NCBI RefSeq assembly: GCF_009914755.1
Contig: NC_060927.1
Reading direction: 5' to 3' (one strand)
Origin: the human T2T-CHM13v2.0 reference genome, Homo sapiens
Length of the DNA stretch: 64,000 nucleotides
The notes beneath the pieces were generated by a model. The model ran no database searches, was not told the origin of the DNA, and saw nothing but the letters and a program-made list of their open reading frames with translations. Positions within the stretch are counted from its first letter, which is position 1; every line of letters starts with the position of its first letter. The position numbers and the translations under genes are program-made. This document shows positions 1-16,582 of the stretch, one piece after another.

Positions 1-215
1 GAACTAGTATAGCTAACCAAGAAAAAAAGAGAAGATACAAATTTGCATTGTTATAAATAAAAGAAGAACCATCACTGCTGATTCAAGGACACGTAAAAAA
101 TAAAAAGGGGATACTACAAACAACGCTATGCCTGTTCAATAACTTAGATCAAATGGGCTAATTCTTGAAAGACACAAACTATTGAAACTGACTCAGGGAG
201 AAATAGATAATCTTT

Positions 216-2187
216 AAAAAAATTTTTTTTTATTCTAAGTTCTGGGATACATGTGCAGAATGTGCAGGTTTGTTACATAGGTATACAAGTGCCATGGTGG
301 TTTGTTGCACCCATCAACCCATCATCTACATTAGGTATTTCTCCTAATGCTATCCCTCCTGTAGTCCCCCACCCACCAACAGGCCCCGGTATGTGATGTT
401 CTCTTCCCTGTGTCCATGTGTACTCATGGTTCAACTACCACTTAAAAGTGAGAACATGAGGTGTTTGATTTTCTGTTCTTGTGTTAGTATGCTGAGAATG
501 ACGGTTTCCAGCTTCATCCATGTCCCTGCAAAGGACATGAACTCTTCCTTTTTTATGGCTGCATAGTATTCCATGGTGTTTATGTGCCACATTTTCTTTA
601 TCCGGTCTATCTTTGATGGGCCTTTGGGTTAGTTCCAAGTATTTGCTATTGTGAACAGTGCTGCAATAAGCACACGTGTGCATGTATCTTTATAGTAGAA
701 TGATTTATAATCCTTGGGGTATATACCCAGTAATGGGATTGCTGGGTCAAATGGTATTTCTGGTTCTAGATCCTTGAGGAATTGCCACACTGTCTTCCAC
801 AATGGTTCAACTAATTTACACTCCCACCAATAGTGTAAAAGCATTCCTATTTCTCCACATCCTCTCCAGCATCTGTTGTTTCCTGACTTTTTAGTGATCA
901 CCATTCTAACTGGCATGAGATGGTATCTCATTGTGGTTTTGATTTGCATTTCTCCAATGATCAGTGATGATGAGCTTTTTTTTCATATGTTTGTTGGCTG
1001 CAAAAATGTCTTTTGAGAAGTGTTTGTTCATATCCTTCACCTACTTTTTGATGGGGTTGTTTGCTTTTTCTTGTAAATTTAAGTTCTTTGTAGATTCTAG
1101 ATATTAGCCCTTTGTCAGATGAGTAGATTGCAAAAATTTTCTCCCATTCTGTAAACTGCCTGTTCACTCTGATGATATTTTCATTTGCTGTGCAGAAGCT
1201 CTTTAGTTTGATTAGATCCCATTTGTCAATTTTGGCTTCTGTGGCCATTGCTTTGCTGTTTTAGTCATGAAGTGTTTGCCCATGCCTATGTCCTGAATGG
1301 TATTGCCTAGGTTTTCTTCTAGGGTTTTTATGGTTTTAGGTCTTTTGTTTAAGTCTTTAATCCATCTTGAGTTAATTTTTGTATAAGGTGTAAGGAAGGG
1401 GTCCAGTTTTAGTTTTCTGGATATGGTTAGCCAGTTTTCCCAACACCATTTATTAAATAGGGAATCCTTTTCCCATTACTTGTTTTTTTCAGGTTTGTCA
1501 AAGATCAGATGGTTGTAGACATGTGGTATTATTTCTGAGGCCTGTGTTCTGTTCCATTGGTCTGTCTATCTGTTATGGTACCAGCACCATGCTGTTTAGG
1601 TTACTGTAGCCTTGTAGTATAGTTTGAAGTCAGGTAGTGTGATGCCTCCGGCTTTGTTCTTTGTGCTTAGGATTGTCTCTATACAGGCTCGTTTTTGGTC
1701 CCATATGAAATTTAAAGTAGTTTTTTCTAATTCTGTGAAGAAAGTCAATGGCAGCTTGATGGGGATAGCATTGAATCTTTCAATTACTTTGGCAGTATGG
1801 CCATTTTCACGATATTGATTCTTCCTATCCATGAGCATGGAATGTTTTTCCATTTGTTTGTGTCCTCTCTCATTTCCCTGAGCAGTGGTTTGTAGTTCTC
1901 CTTGAAGAAGCCCTCCACATCCCTTGTAAGTTGTATTCCTAGGTAGTTTATTCTCTTTGTAGCAATTGTGAATGGGAGTTCATTCATGGTTTGACTCTCT
2001 GTCTATTAATTGTGTATAAGAATGCTTGTGATATTTGCACATTGATTTTGTATCCTGAGACTTTGCTGAAGATGCTTATCAGCTTAAGGAGATTTGGGGC
2101 AGAGACAATGGGGTTTTCTAAATATAAATCATGACATCTGCAAACAGAGACAAGTTGACTTCCTCTCTTCCTATTTGAATACCGTTT
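216..2187 (-). mobile_element. 5'-truncated L1PA7-like LINE-1 (ORF2 3' part plus 3' UTR)
   Basis: Minus-strand ORFs are L1 ORF2 C-terminal fragments ([30 protein letters not shown]). Poly(T) at ~223-231. Degenerate TSD ataatctt (207-214) / ataatgtt (2188-2195). Confidence 0.9.
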
Positions 2188-3068
2188 ATAATGTTAATAG
2201 TCCTACATCTATTACATAAATTGAATTAACTTAAAACTGTTTTTAAAAGCCCAGACCCAAAGGACTTAACTGGTGAAGTTTACCAAATGTTTACAAAAAA
2301 AAAAAAATAGACCAATTCTGCATAATTTTGTCTAGAAAATTGAAGAAGAGAGAACACCTCCCAACTAATTTTATGAGGTTCACATTACTCTAATACCTAA
2401 ACCAAGTAAAGATATTACAAGTAAACTACAGACCAATGTCTCTCATGAATGTGTATGTCAATTCCTTAATAAAATATTGGCAAATTTAACCCAGCCAGAC
2501 ATAAAGAGGATTGTGCCACACAATTTTGCAAGACTGGTTCAACATTAGTAAACCAGTGAAACTTATTGTATTAACAGACTAAATAAGAACAACTGTATAA
2601 TCATATTAATGGATGCTGAAAAAAATTAATAGTATTCAATACCCACTCACGATAAAGATGTTCACAAAAAATAGAAAAATAGAAATAGAAGACACTTTCT
2701 TACCTAATAAAGTTTATATGTGAAAAACCTATAGCAAATATAATACTTACTAATGAGAGGCAGGATGCTTCCCCCTGAGATCAAGAACAAGGCAAAAATG
2801 TCCTCTCTCACCACTAGAAGGATTAAAAACAGATCAATGGTGCCCAGAAGTTTCTGAATGCAGGAATATTTGACCAGGGGAATCACAGCAAAGTTTGTAG
2901 GGTGGTGCAATATCTGCATGGTAAATATATTAAACTGCATTTGTCAAAATCCATAGGACTGTACAGCACAGAGTCAACCTCAATGCACGTAAACAAATTT
3001 TTTTAAACTTTCAGGAAATTGAGGGATCCCAGAATGGAAAGCATACTATGATAAAAGAACCTAATATG

Positions 3069-3144
3069 TATGTCATATATATTAGAAATATATTAGAAAT
3101 ATATATTAATATATTAGAAATATATTTCTAATATATATGACATA
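3069..3144. repeat. Perfect 24-bp inverted repeat with an internal 28-bp palindrome (AT-rich)
   Basis: tatgtcatatatattagaaatata (3069-3092) is the exact reverse complement of 3121-3144. 3109-3136 is self-complementary. Confidence 0.9.
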
Positions 3145-3577
3145 ACCTCACCGAAGTGGGTGGGGAAAAAGTGCTCACCTAAGTAAGCTAGGAAACTGAT
3201 ATTTTGACTAAAAACTGTAAGAATAATACAGAAGGAATTGCACACAAATATTGTATTCTGGTTAATAAAGTTGTTTCTCACAAGGAATGGGTAAACAATT
3301 TTGATTGATACACATATATACTAAAATTAAACAAATAAGTAAAAAGATGGCAGATAATGGGAGCTAGGTTTCTCAGTTATTAGAGTGGGAGATTACACCT
3401 AAAAAAAAGAGGAACGCTAGAATGAACCATGTGGGACTAGACTAGAATTGGAGAAATCAGTATGAATTCACATTTAGCTTAACATAAATATAAGATTTAT
3501 ATATTATATATATATACACACAGTGATATATAGATAATATAGATACAAGTGGATATACACAGAAACAATTATACATA

Positions 3578-3611
<34 letters not shown>
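3578..3611. repeat. (TG)n(TA)n microsatellite
   Basis: Visible dinucleotide runs. Confidence 0.85.
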
Positions 3612-5419
3612 ACTGAATTAGTATTCACGTATATTATTTCCTAGCTCTGGCTGCTGAACATAGAAGCAATGATATTACAGTAACAATGAGCATGAGCACA
3701 ACCAGAACTCAGACTTTGCTTTTTAATACTCTAACAAATGCTCAAATAAAAAGAATTGGGGATCCTTGGAAAAATGACTGATTCTAGGGCTGGGACATGA
3801 AACCCAGGTGATGAGCCTGGAACATCTTGTACTGCTAGAAAGTAAGGAGTGCTCAAAAGGCAAACAAAAATATCAGGGCATATCAAAAGGACAGAAGAGC
3901 CAACTGAAAGAACTCTCAGTGGTCAAAGCTAGAATAATTTGAGCAAAAAAAGCAAATAACACACTAATGGATTATAACCCAAAGTGTAAAATAATTAACT
4001 ATAAATGTGTACTAATTGAAATAAGTGATTGAATACATTAAAAATGAGAAAGCAGAGAAAAATCTCTTGTGACAAAGAATCCTAAATAATTTGTGTAGAT
4101 GATCTATCCTCAAAAAGGTGGAGTATAACTCCCCAACCCTTGACTGGGGACTGAATTTAGTGACTTGCTTCCAAAAATCAGAATTTGGAAAGGGGGAAGA
4201 AAACTTTACAGCAAAGAAACCTAACACGTGATACCTCAGCAAGATCATCAAGGCTAACATCATCAGTGAGAAGTCATGGTGACAGCATGTACCCTTGGTA
4301 TGATATGATAAAAATGGCATTTCACCTTGCGATTTTCCTCCCCAAAACCTCTATCCCTATCCTAAGCACAACCAAAACGTCAGACAAATACCAATAGAAG
4401 GACATTCAATGAAACACATGACCAGTACTCCTCAAAACAGTGAAGGTCATCAAAAATAAGAAACTCTGAGAAATTGTCACAGATTAGAGAAGCCTAAAGA
4501 GACACAACTAAATGTAATGTGATATCATGTATGGGATTTTGTAACAGAGTAAGGACATTAGGAAAAAACTAGTGATATCAAAAGCCAATGTGGATATTGG
4601 TTCTTAGTAATGTACCAACGTTGGTTTCTTAGTTGTGACAAAGGTTGCATAGCAATGTAAAATATTAACAATAGGGAAACTGGTTGAGGAGTATATGGGA
4701 ATCTTCTGTTTTATCTCTGTAACATTTTTGTAAATCTAAAGCCATTCTAAATAAAAGGGTTATTTAAATTAAAAACATAAGGGACAGACCTTGAGACACT
4801 CTAAAGAAAAATATTCTCTCAGGTCAAAATATAACACATAATCAACTTCCATTGTCTGAGCTCCAGTATTTTATTTCCTTCTCTTTCATCTTGTCCTTTT
4901 CTAGGGCCACAGCATTTTCCCTTATCAGTTAGTTTCTCTACAGGCCCAGTTTCTTTTTTTCTTCCCTTTAGATTTATCCTATAGCCCTCTTTTGGGATTT
5001 TTTTTCAAAGATCTATATTTAAAGCTGCACCAAATAGTCCCCAGATATTCCCCTAAGTCTTCCTTGTGTCAAGATCTCTGCTTCTCTAGGGATCCTGATC
5101 CCCATTACCAATTAAATGGACAAAGATCTATATCTAGGTCACAGGGGCAGAGAAACCATTTATGCTTCAGAAGCACTTTAGTGAAAAAGAGAAGGAGACA
5201 GGCAGTGAAATCCAGTAATAACCTAAAGCCTTATGGGGCCAACGATCCAAGTATTGCTTACAAAACAATTCCTATAGAACAGTAGGGAGTCGATAACTTT
5301 TTAACCTGACCACAATTTTGAAAATGGCTCCTACACGTATAATGCCACCTCTCATTTAATTTACAATTCTTCTTCCTACTTTTCCCAGGCTTCCTCAGTT
5401 CTCATGCCACTCTTATGTA

Positions 5420-5670
5420 CATAATAATGAATAGTAATAACATGTTACATTTTAGTGATTACTATGTGCTATATAATATCTGAATTGTTTTATTTAATCC
5501 TTGTAATAAGATGGTTACTCTTATTATGGGTATCTATATATTGTGAATAATAAAAGTAAGTGAAAAGAGATTCAGTAAGTTTATACCAAGGTCATGTTTG
5601 TAAATGGTGGAACCAAGATTTGAACCAAGATACACATAGCTGCAGAATCATAATTTTAACCTCTATACAT
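5420..5670 (-). mobile_element. MIR remnant
   Basis: MIR-like motifs tttaatcct..., caaggtca..., agatttgaacc; heavily diverged. Confidence 0.55.
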
Positions 5671-5738
5671 TCAGCTTCCTGTCTTTATAGCTCTTTCTTC
5701 TCAGTTACCCCTTTAGAGACCTTTAACATTTGTCATCT

Positions 5739-8476
<2,738 letters not shown>

Positions 8477-8703
8477 TTTGTCATTTGTTCTCTGTTCACA
8501 TCAGGTACAGTGGCCAATTCTTGATAATCCATGTTTTCTCAGACTATCATTGACGTCCCCGAGAATCTGATCAGAAAGAGAGTGAAAAAGAGGCATCAAA
8601 CTAAACAAAATCTCATACTTGAGTTTCATCTCTTTCCATTACCAGCTCAATCCTTACCTCCTTAGTTAGAGCATACAGCTAAAATTCTCATTTATGTATT
8701 TTA

Positions 8704-8742
8704 CATATATATGTATATATATTTAAATATATATTATATATA
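8704..8742. repeat. (TA)n-rich low-complexity tract
   Basis: Visible interrupted TA run. Confidence 0.7.
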
Positions 8743-10547
8743 ATAAACCTTGGAAAATTATATTTTTAAAAGAATAAAGTACACAGTTAGAGAATAGTAA
8801 TCTATTAACTTGTCACTGCAAGTTCCATTACAGTGTATGTGCAAATACCTGAAAGTATACATCATTTGGTCTGTCTCACCCACTGTTGCCAAAAGATTTA
8901 AGGTGGAAATTCTAGGCATTTTTAATCTCACAAACCTAATTAGTTTGCTCAAAAGTTTTCTCCCCTAATCAAATTAGAATCAGCAAGAAAAGAATCTGGT
9001 CAATAAAGAAAAACATCAAACTAGAATAGTATTAATAAAAATTTATGTTCCCAACTTTATTAAATTTTAGTTATAAATTTATTATTTTTTAAACTTCATC
9101 TATTTAAAGTTTCCCCCAATTAACAGTTCTCAAGAGAATAGCTATGAAGGAACCACATCTCTTAGTTCGTTGGATGCCTCATAGAGTACAAAGTGCCTTG
9201 CTTATAGTAGAAGCTCAAAGAATGTTTTATCAATCAGTCAAAAAATTATTGTGTTTGCTCAATGTTTATGGATAATTGTGTCAAGAAAAGTCCTGAGCTC
9301 AAATTCAAAGTGTTTGGGACTCTTCCAGTCATTAAGCAATTTCAGGAGAAGAAAAATTATTTCGAGTATGAGGCATTGATTCCTTTCCCACACTCCTTCA
9401 TAAACTGCTCTGTAAGAATTTTAAACAAACATGAGGCACATATAACTTTCTTAGAAATGCCAAAACATTCTACACTCTTCAAACATTAGAATTATAAAAA
9501 CATTTATTAATGTTTTAGTAATTGAAGGTAGAAAGTAAATCTTTAATACTACCCACCCAGACAAATCAATACCCACTAGCTATAAGGTAATCCTACAATT
9601 GAATATGCCAAATGTAGAGCATGAAGTTTTCCATGAATATAGATTTTCAAACAATGAACACCCGGCACAGAATCTGTAACACCATTCCCCATCATCAGGC
9701 ACTCTTGGCTGAAAAGGAATGAGAATATCTATTTATGTACTCAACTAAATGAGCTGTTCAAATATACTCTAATAACCAACCACTATATGGCCAAACAGGT
9801 AGTCAAACTAATTAGATGGCTGAAGTTACCAACTCTTATCTTGGATGTATTTTATTTCAGATGAATATGGGATAATATATTAAATCATATAATAAGCAAA
9901 AATTTTTATAATAAAAATGTAACTTACTTATTGTGTGTAGATTAACATTATCCTCAATTGATTTGAAATGGAAATATTTTTCAAAATGTCATTTTATTGC
10001 TAGTCTATTTAGAAAAATTTGGAAAAGTTTTAGCAAATTTCATGTTACTTTTCGCCATTTAGAACCCAGCTGTTTTCTTTATCCCACACTTCCAATCGTG
10101 ATATTGAAGACCCTTGACAATTACCACATCAGATAAAACTGCCCAGGGGTGAGAAAACCACCACTAGGGATGATGTCAGTATACACAATTTGCAAACAAT
10201 TTATCTGTACAAAAAGTAGATATATCTTGGGTATTATCTTACTTTTAAAGCACTTTAGTATACATTTTTTTCTTTTCTTATATATGTAATACATAAATAT
10301 ATGTTCATTTTTTTAAAAAATTACAATTGATGGATAGGTACATGTAAAAAAATTGCTTTTGTCACCCCTCTAACAGCAATATTGAATTCTAATTCCCTTA
10401 CCAAACAAAATCTTTGTTAGGTTCAGTGGATATTGTTTCACAATAAGCATACAACTCACATATGCACACCTACTACATACATATTATTTTTCCTTTTTAA
10501 ACTTTAAATCCCCATATATCATAACTGAATTAAAATGCCAAGACATA

Positions 10548-11736
10548 TAGTCATACTCTACATAATGACATTTCAGTCAACAATCAACTGCATAAGATTA
10601 TAATGAAGCTGAAAAGTTTCTATTGCCTAGTGATTTTGTAGCTGTCATAACATTCACAACGCAGTATATTACTCACGTGGTTGTAATGATGCTGGCGTAA
10701 ACAAACCTGTTGTACTGCCAGTCATATAAAAGTCTATCCAATATGATTATGTACAGCATATAATACTTGATAATGATAAATAACTATGTTACTGGTTTTT
10801 GTATTTACTATACTTTGATAATTATTTCAGAGTATATTTCTCTACTTTTTTTTTTAAGTTAACTGTAAAACAGCCTCAGGCAGTTCCTTCAGAAGGAATT
10901 CCAGAAGCAGACATTGTTATCACAGAAGATAACAGCTCCATGTGTGTTATTGTCCCTGAAGACTTTCCAGCAGGACAAGATGTGGAGGTGAAAGACAGTG
11001 ATATTTGATGATCCTGACCCTGTTTTGGCCTAGGCTAATGTATGTGTTTGTGTCTTAGTTTTAAAAAAAATGTTAAGTAAAAAGAGAAAATAAAAATGGA
11101 AAATATTATATATATTTCCTTTATAAAATAATGATTAAATCTTAAATCTTTATAAAATAAAGATTTAAAGAAAAAAATTTTGTATAATCGTATAATGTTT
11201 GTGTTTTAAGCTAAGTATCATTATAAAAGAGCCCAAAAGTTTTTTTAAAAGTAAAAAGTTACAGTAAGCTAAGGTTATTAATGACAACATTTATTTATAA
11301 ATTTAGTACAACCTAAGTGTACATTGTTTATAACATCTATAGTAGTGAACAATAATGTCCTAGGCCTTCTCATGCACCCACTACTCACTCACTGACTCAC
11401 CCAGAGCAACTTCTGGGCCCTCAAGCTCCATTCATGGTAAATGTCCAACAGGTATACTAATTTTTATCTCTTATCCCATATCTTTACTGTATCTTTTCTG
11501 TGTTTAGGTATGCAAACATTTATCATTGTGTTACACTTGCATACAGTATTCAGTACAGCAACATGCTGTATGAGTTTGTAGCTTGGGAGCAATTGACCAT
11601 ACCATAGAGCCCAGGTGTGTAGTAATTGTACCACCTACATTTGTGTAAGTATATTCTATGATGTTCACACAATTTCAAGATCACCTAACAACTAATTTCT
11701 TAGAACATACCCTCATCATTAAGCATTCGATGACTG
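10548..11736 (+). mobile_element. Tigger3 (Tigger3b-like) DNA transposon
   Basis: Termini tagtcat...atgactg form degenerate TIRs, with TA at 10546-47 and 11737-38. Length ~1.2 kb with Tigger3 internal motifs (cataagattataat; gcctcaggcag..ccttcagaagg). Confidence 0.85.
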
Positions 11737-12569
11737 TATATTTTGTTCCACAAATTTCCATTTAGTTTTCTCTTTAATATATTCATTCAGAGGTGGCAGT
11801 TGCTATTGCCATTTTGCTTTTAAAGTAAGTATCACTAAAAAGCTAACTGTTGCTACTTAGTAACCTTCATCCCTGTCACCCTGCCTTAGGCAGCACAGCA
11901 CATAATGGACTCTCATCATGTAAGTGAAATGGATTTCTGTGTTTGTCCTGTGAACATGTACCCCAAGGATTCTCAAAGATTGAGCACAGTATTAGTGGAC
12001 TGGGTTTTTATAGCTAAAGAGAACCAAATACCATGTGCAATTTGCTCAATGCCACTTGGTCGTCTTTTCTAACAGTTCAAATGTTTACGTATTTTACTTT
12101 GGAAGTACCAGCCACGCTCCCACTGCACATAACCCTTGCTCTCACATCATTCCATGTTTCTTTCCTCTCTTTATAAGTAACATCTTAATGAAAAACCAGA
12201 AAAAGACTCACAAAAGAGCCTCAGAGCTTACAGTTCTACACACCACAGAACATGGTGCAGACCCAGACAAAATGAAAACTGTGGAGTATACCCAGGACTC
12301 CCCACATTTACTGAATTCCATTCAGAAGAAACCCAGGCTCCCACAAACCCCATACAAGAGCATTTATTGCTATGGAATCCTAAAAGATCTGAATAAAGGC
12401 AGTCTCCACTAGGAGGGGTCTGGACACCCAGAGTCTGACTAATCAGAGTACTGATAACCCTTGATTAGCTTTCCAAATAAATTTGAGTAAAAGTAAACAA
12501 AAAGCACATTCTTCCTAATTCATAATAAAGAACAGTAATAGCTATACTGTTCTGAGTGCAAATGGAACT

Positions 12570-12740
12570 GGAAATGCCCTTGGAGCTCGGCTCAATCTCT
12601 TCAACTATTAAAATTAGAGTGACAAAGGTATGTACTGGATAAAGTCATTGCAAAAATTATATCATCCACATAAAATGTTTAGCATAGAATCTTCCAAATG
12701 ATGGTTATAATTATTATACTTCTTACTGTTGTCATCATTT
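12570..12740 (+). mobile_element. MIR fragment
   Basis: Diverged MIR 3' half (aaaatgtttagcataga... AT-rich tail). Confidence 0.4.
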
Positions 12741-12834
12741 TGATTTTTCAGGAATTTAGTTATTTAAAGTGTGTATTAGAATGAGCCCAAATGTCTGACT
12801 GTAAGAAATAAGACTTTTTCCTTCCTAACACCTT

Positions 12835-12912
12835 AATCCTTCTATATGTTCTCTGCTGTCTGCGCAACACCTGGAAAAGTAACTGATGAATGAATGAATG
12901 ATCAAATGAATA
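12835..12912 (+). mobile_element. L2 3' end fragment
   Basis: Ends in a tgaatgaatgaatga tail typical of L2. Confidence 0.5.
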
Positions 12913-14218
12913 TCTTTTAGCATTATTGCATTTTACATTATTTTTCCTTCCCATTCACCTCCTAGAATTTTGCATCTTTTATTGAAAAACATGATTCGTT
13001 TCCCATTTCTTCCCAGACTACACCAGACCACTTTAGTCTTCACGTACAGTGATAGCTTTTACAACATTTGAAACTTTAAGTGGGCTATTTTCCCCCTACT
13101 GCCAATAAGTATGTTCCTACTAAATCCATTTATCAGTTCTATGATGAGCATAAAGATGACTGGGAAAATGAGTAATAATAGCAGGCAAGCTGATCTACCT
13201 CAAATTCTCTAAAATTACTAAATGTGCTGTGCTTTTCTTTCACATAAAAGATTATGGGGTGACAGAACCAGTACATTAAATTTGGAAAGGCAGCTCAGTG
13301 ATACAGGGGTAACCAGTTGAGTCCACAGTGCATCTTTCCCCTAAGCCTACCCTATAATCAATTACATATTTCCTTAAGGTCTAAATTACTGGAGAGAGAA
13401 GTGTCTGTTAATCTGATTAAATTATGATCATTACTTCTAACCATTCAGCAGCTTAAAGGAAAAACAGCAGTATCCATTTTAAAGTAGACATAACAAAAAG
13501 TTTTCCTATACTTCTCTTTAATTTCAAACTCTTGTTTTTCACGAATTAGAATAAAAATGAATAAGATTGTAATTCAAGCACAGCATTCTGAATTATCCCT
13601 GTCTCAATAGCCTCTCCTTTCCAAAACAATTCAAAAGAAGACAACATACTAATCCAATGCCACAAAGCATTTTCTCACGTGCTATTGAAAAAAACTTATC
13701 ACAGAAAGCTAGTTTAATCTTTGATGTCCTACTAATTATTTCTGCTAAGAAGCTACTTTCTATATTTGAGAATGTTTGTTATTTCTAGAATCCTGTTGTG
13801 ATAAAACACACAAACAACAAAAGTATAATAGAGGCAAAGGGAGATATTGAAGCCTAGTCTGAGAAATGATGCTTTTCATAGTTAGCAGGATAATGGAGTT
13901 GAAAGCAGTTAAGAGGAGAATAGAAAGGGACAGCTGACTCCTCCTGAGATGCCAATTTATAGTGTTTTTCTCTTATCACTTTTGAAGTGAGGCAAACATC
14001 AGACATTCTCATATGACACTGGTAGTATAGAAGCAAGTTTTAGGCCAAAAACGAAAATGAATTTGACCACATCCATCTAGGATTTTTCAAACCACTGCTC
14101 TGATACAGTCAGTAGGATAAATAAGGAGTAAATGAACATAAATGTCTTTTGTAATAACTGCTAGTTATTTTTATACCACTCTGTAATTTCTAATTATGCC
14201 ATAGGAACAAAGGCATAC

Positions 14219-14630
14219 TATGGCAACCATAAAAATGCACCTCTTAGATCTCCTACTGTTAGGAACATAATTGCCAAACAGCCCTAGCTGCTGCATTCTG
14301 AAACCATTCACTGTTTGTGATCGGGCATGCTTCCCATGGGCTATTCCCAGCCAATGACTAAGACCATCACTGCAAGATCCAAGAGTTCACTGATGGGAAG
14401 ACCCTGTTAGCCTTGCTGAAACTGTCCTAAAACTATGCTGCAGTCTAAGACCTTCCTTCCACTCTTTCTCCCGTCAACCCTTCATCCCTGCCCTCTCTGT
14501 TTCAGAGAGATGAGACCTGCATCATGGTCTGAAAGTTCTTCTAGTCTCTTCTGGCTCCCTCCTCAATAAATATCTCTTCACATATAATCCTGTTTTGGCA
14601 CCTGCTACTCAGACAACTGTTACCTACACC
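14219..14630 (+). mobile_element. ERVL-class solo LTR (LTR16-like)
   Basis: Starts tatggcaaccataaaaatgcacctcttagatctcctactg, resembling the LTR16 5' end. AATAAA at ~14565. Confidence 0.7.
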
Positions 14631-14989
14631 TATACTTTACACCAAAGAAAATTTGGGCAGATCCATTTTTATAAACAATCTTACTTTAAAGTAACTGGAT
14701 AAATATATAAAGGAAGCAAGATAAACTTTTTTCCTCTAATTATCCTTAATTTATGTTTGGTAAGTTCAGATTTCTCTTTATGGGCTTTCAATCAAGTTTA
14801 ATACCATTCTCATAATATCCCAATCCCTAATACACAGACATCTTGCCCCTATGAAACTCAAAAAAAAGTACCTTCAATTTATTTTAAAATTTCAATTAAA
14901 AGAGCAAGTTTCTCAGGTGGCTTTGAATAAACCAGTGCAGAGGCCTATATAACTGATATAGAAAGTTATTTCTCATTCTTTCCTATTTT

Positions 14990-15412
14990 GGAAATGGGGG
15001 AAAGACATGTGGCTAATTACCAAACCCCTTTCTGCTTTGGGCTACACAACCACTAGACATTTTCCAGCCTCCCTTGCAGCTAGGCATGACCATGTGACTG
15101 AGTTTCAGCCAGAGAAATGTGAGTAGAAATTAAGGGCACCATTTCCACAACGTGGCTCTTAAAAACCTCCCTGTGTGATGCTCCTTATCCTTCTATGATC
15201 ACTGCCAACAAGCACAGGATATGTGAAAACCATATGATGAAGATGAAAGAGTGACCATACCATGGGAGGATGGGTCACTGAATTGCCAACTGAACAAGAG
15301 CTGCCTGACCTGGAACACCTGGACTGTCGTGTAAACAAGAAACAAGCATATTGCATTAATCCTCTGAGATTCAGTTCTGAGCTTGTTGCAGCAGCTGGCA
15401 TTACCTTAATAT
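14990..15412 (+). mobile_element. MaLR LTR (MLT1J-like)
   Basis: ccagcctcccttgcagctagg...catgtgactgagttt motif and an MLT1-type 3' end. Confidence 0.65.
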
Positions 15413-15485
15413 ATAGTTTTATAGCACAAGTATTCTCAACAGGTTCATAGTAAAGACTGCTCCTGCAAGGCAGTGATGATAAGAG

Positions 15486-16582
15486 TATGGCAGATGGTTC
15501 TGTTAACAATAAAGCCAGTCTCCCAGAAGATGGGGTCTTCCCCCTCTTTGATGTCATGAAGCCAACACACAAAACTAAAAGTGAGTGTCCAGCAGTACAG
15601 GCTTGATTCAATGGCCATGGAACTGAGAAGCAGGAGCAGGGCTCACAAATCAGCTTCTCAACCAGTGAGGAGGTTAAAATATAGGGTTTCTCTAATGAAG
15701 GGGTTGGATATTAAAAGCAGGGTGGGAGTGGTAGAATAGTAAACTTCTTAGAACCAGAGTGCTGCCTTTCTCTTTGTCCTTTTACAGCTTCTTCTGGTCA
15801 TTGTGATGGCGATTGTCAACCTCTTGGTGCTGGTGGGAGTGTCATTTAGCGTGAAAATGAGATTATAATGAAGCTTGAGGTGTTTCTGAGGTCATTAGGT
15901 TGGCTATCTTGGTTCTAACCAGTCTCAGCTGGTCTGGTTACAAAGGGAGCTTTTTATCACAGGTATCTTGTTCCTTAAAGTTAAACAGAGTTAGGATAGG
16001 GTGGAAATTCAATTCTGTCACATAGACATTACACTAGGTAACAGTTCCAAACATGGCCACCAAAAGTTTGTTTAAACATGCCACTCCTCCTTTCAAGAAG
16101 TTGTTTATTTCCCCCTCTCCTTGAACCTGTAAGATCTTGTGACTTGTTTTGACCAATATAAAACAGTAGAAGTGTCCTTATACCACTTCAAGTCTAACCT
16201 TTAAAAGCCCAACAGCTTTTAATTTTAGTTTCATGAAATCCAGTGTTCATGCTGTAAGGAAGCGCAGTCTCTCCTGAAGACAGGGACCACTTGAAGGGGC
16301 CCTGGAGGATGAGATGCCATGTGGAGGAAGAGGCCACATGGAAAAGACTCAAGGTACCACAGCCAACTGCCAGCTGCAAGTACCCAGGCCTTACCGAGAC
16401 AGCCTTCTTTCCAGCCCAGCCACGTGAGTGATACCAACTGAAAGCATGTGGAGAACTATCTAATCAACCACAGAATCACAATAAATAATGAACTGTTATT
16501 TTAAATGACTAAGTTGTTACAGGTTTTGCCAGGGAGAGGGGTATGGAGGAAGGATTGTCACACAATAAGAGGTAACAGATAC
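15486..16582 (+). mobile_element. MaLR LTR (MLT1F/G-like), split 15 bp from its 5' end by an ERV1 LTR
   Basis: tatggcagatggttc continues as caaacatggccacc across the insert. MLT1-type 3' end ...gtaacagataca. Confidence 0.65.
15501..16043 (-). mobile_element. ERV1-class solo LTR (subfamily not determined)
   Basis: TGTTA...TAACA termini, 543 bp, exact 4-bp TSD GTTC (15497-15500 / 16044-16047). Confidence 0.75.

Larger units (their letters stand above)
1..4775 (+). mobile_element. Old L1M (L1MC3-like) remnant: ORF2 fragments (1-215, 2188-2817) joined by a deletion to a long L1MC-type 3' UTR (~2820-4775); interrupted by an L1PA7-like copy
   Basis: Degenerate ORF2-like sequence resumes on both sides of the younger L1. 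The 3' UTR has L1MC motifs (ccagtactcctcaaaac...gtcatcaaaaa; tgtaaatctaaa...ataaaag). Confidence 0.75.

Noticed and set aside
12035-12412. 125-aa ORF in unique sequence (likewise 19906-20256 and 21894-22250)
   Set aside because: No recognisable domain and no convincing exon structure; the length is within chance expectation.
15159-15611. 150-aa minus-strand ORF
   Set aside because: It runs across three different LTR fossils and resembles no protein I know; a chance ORF.
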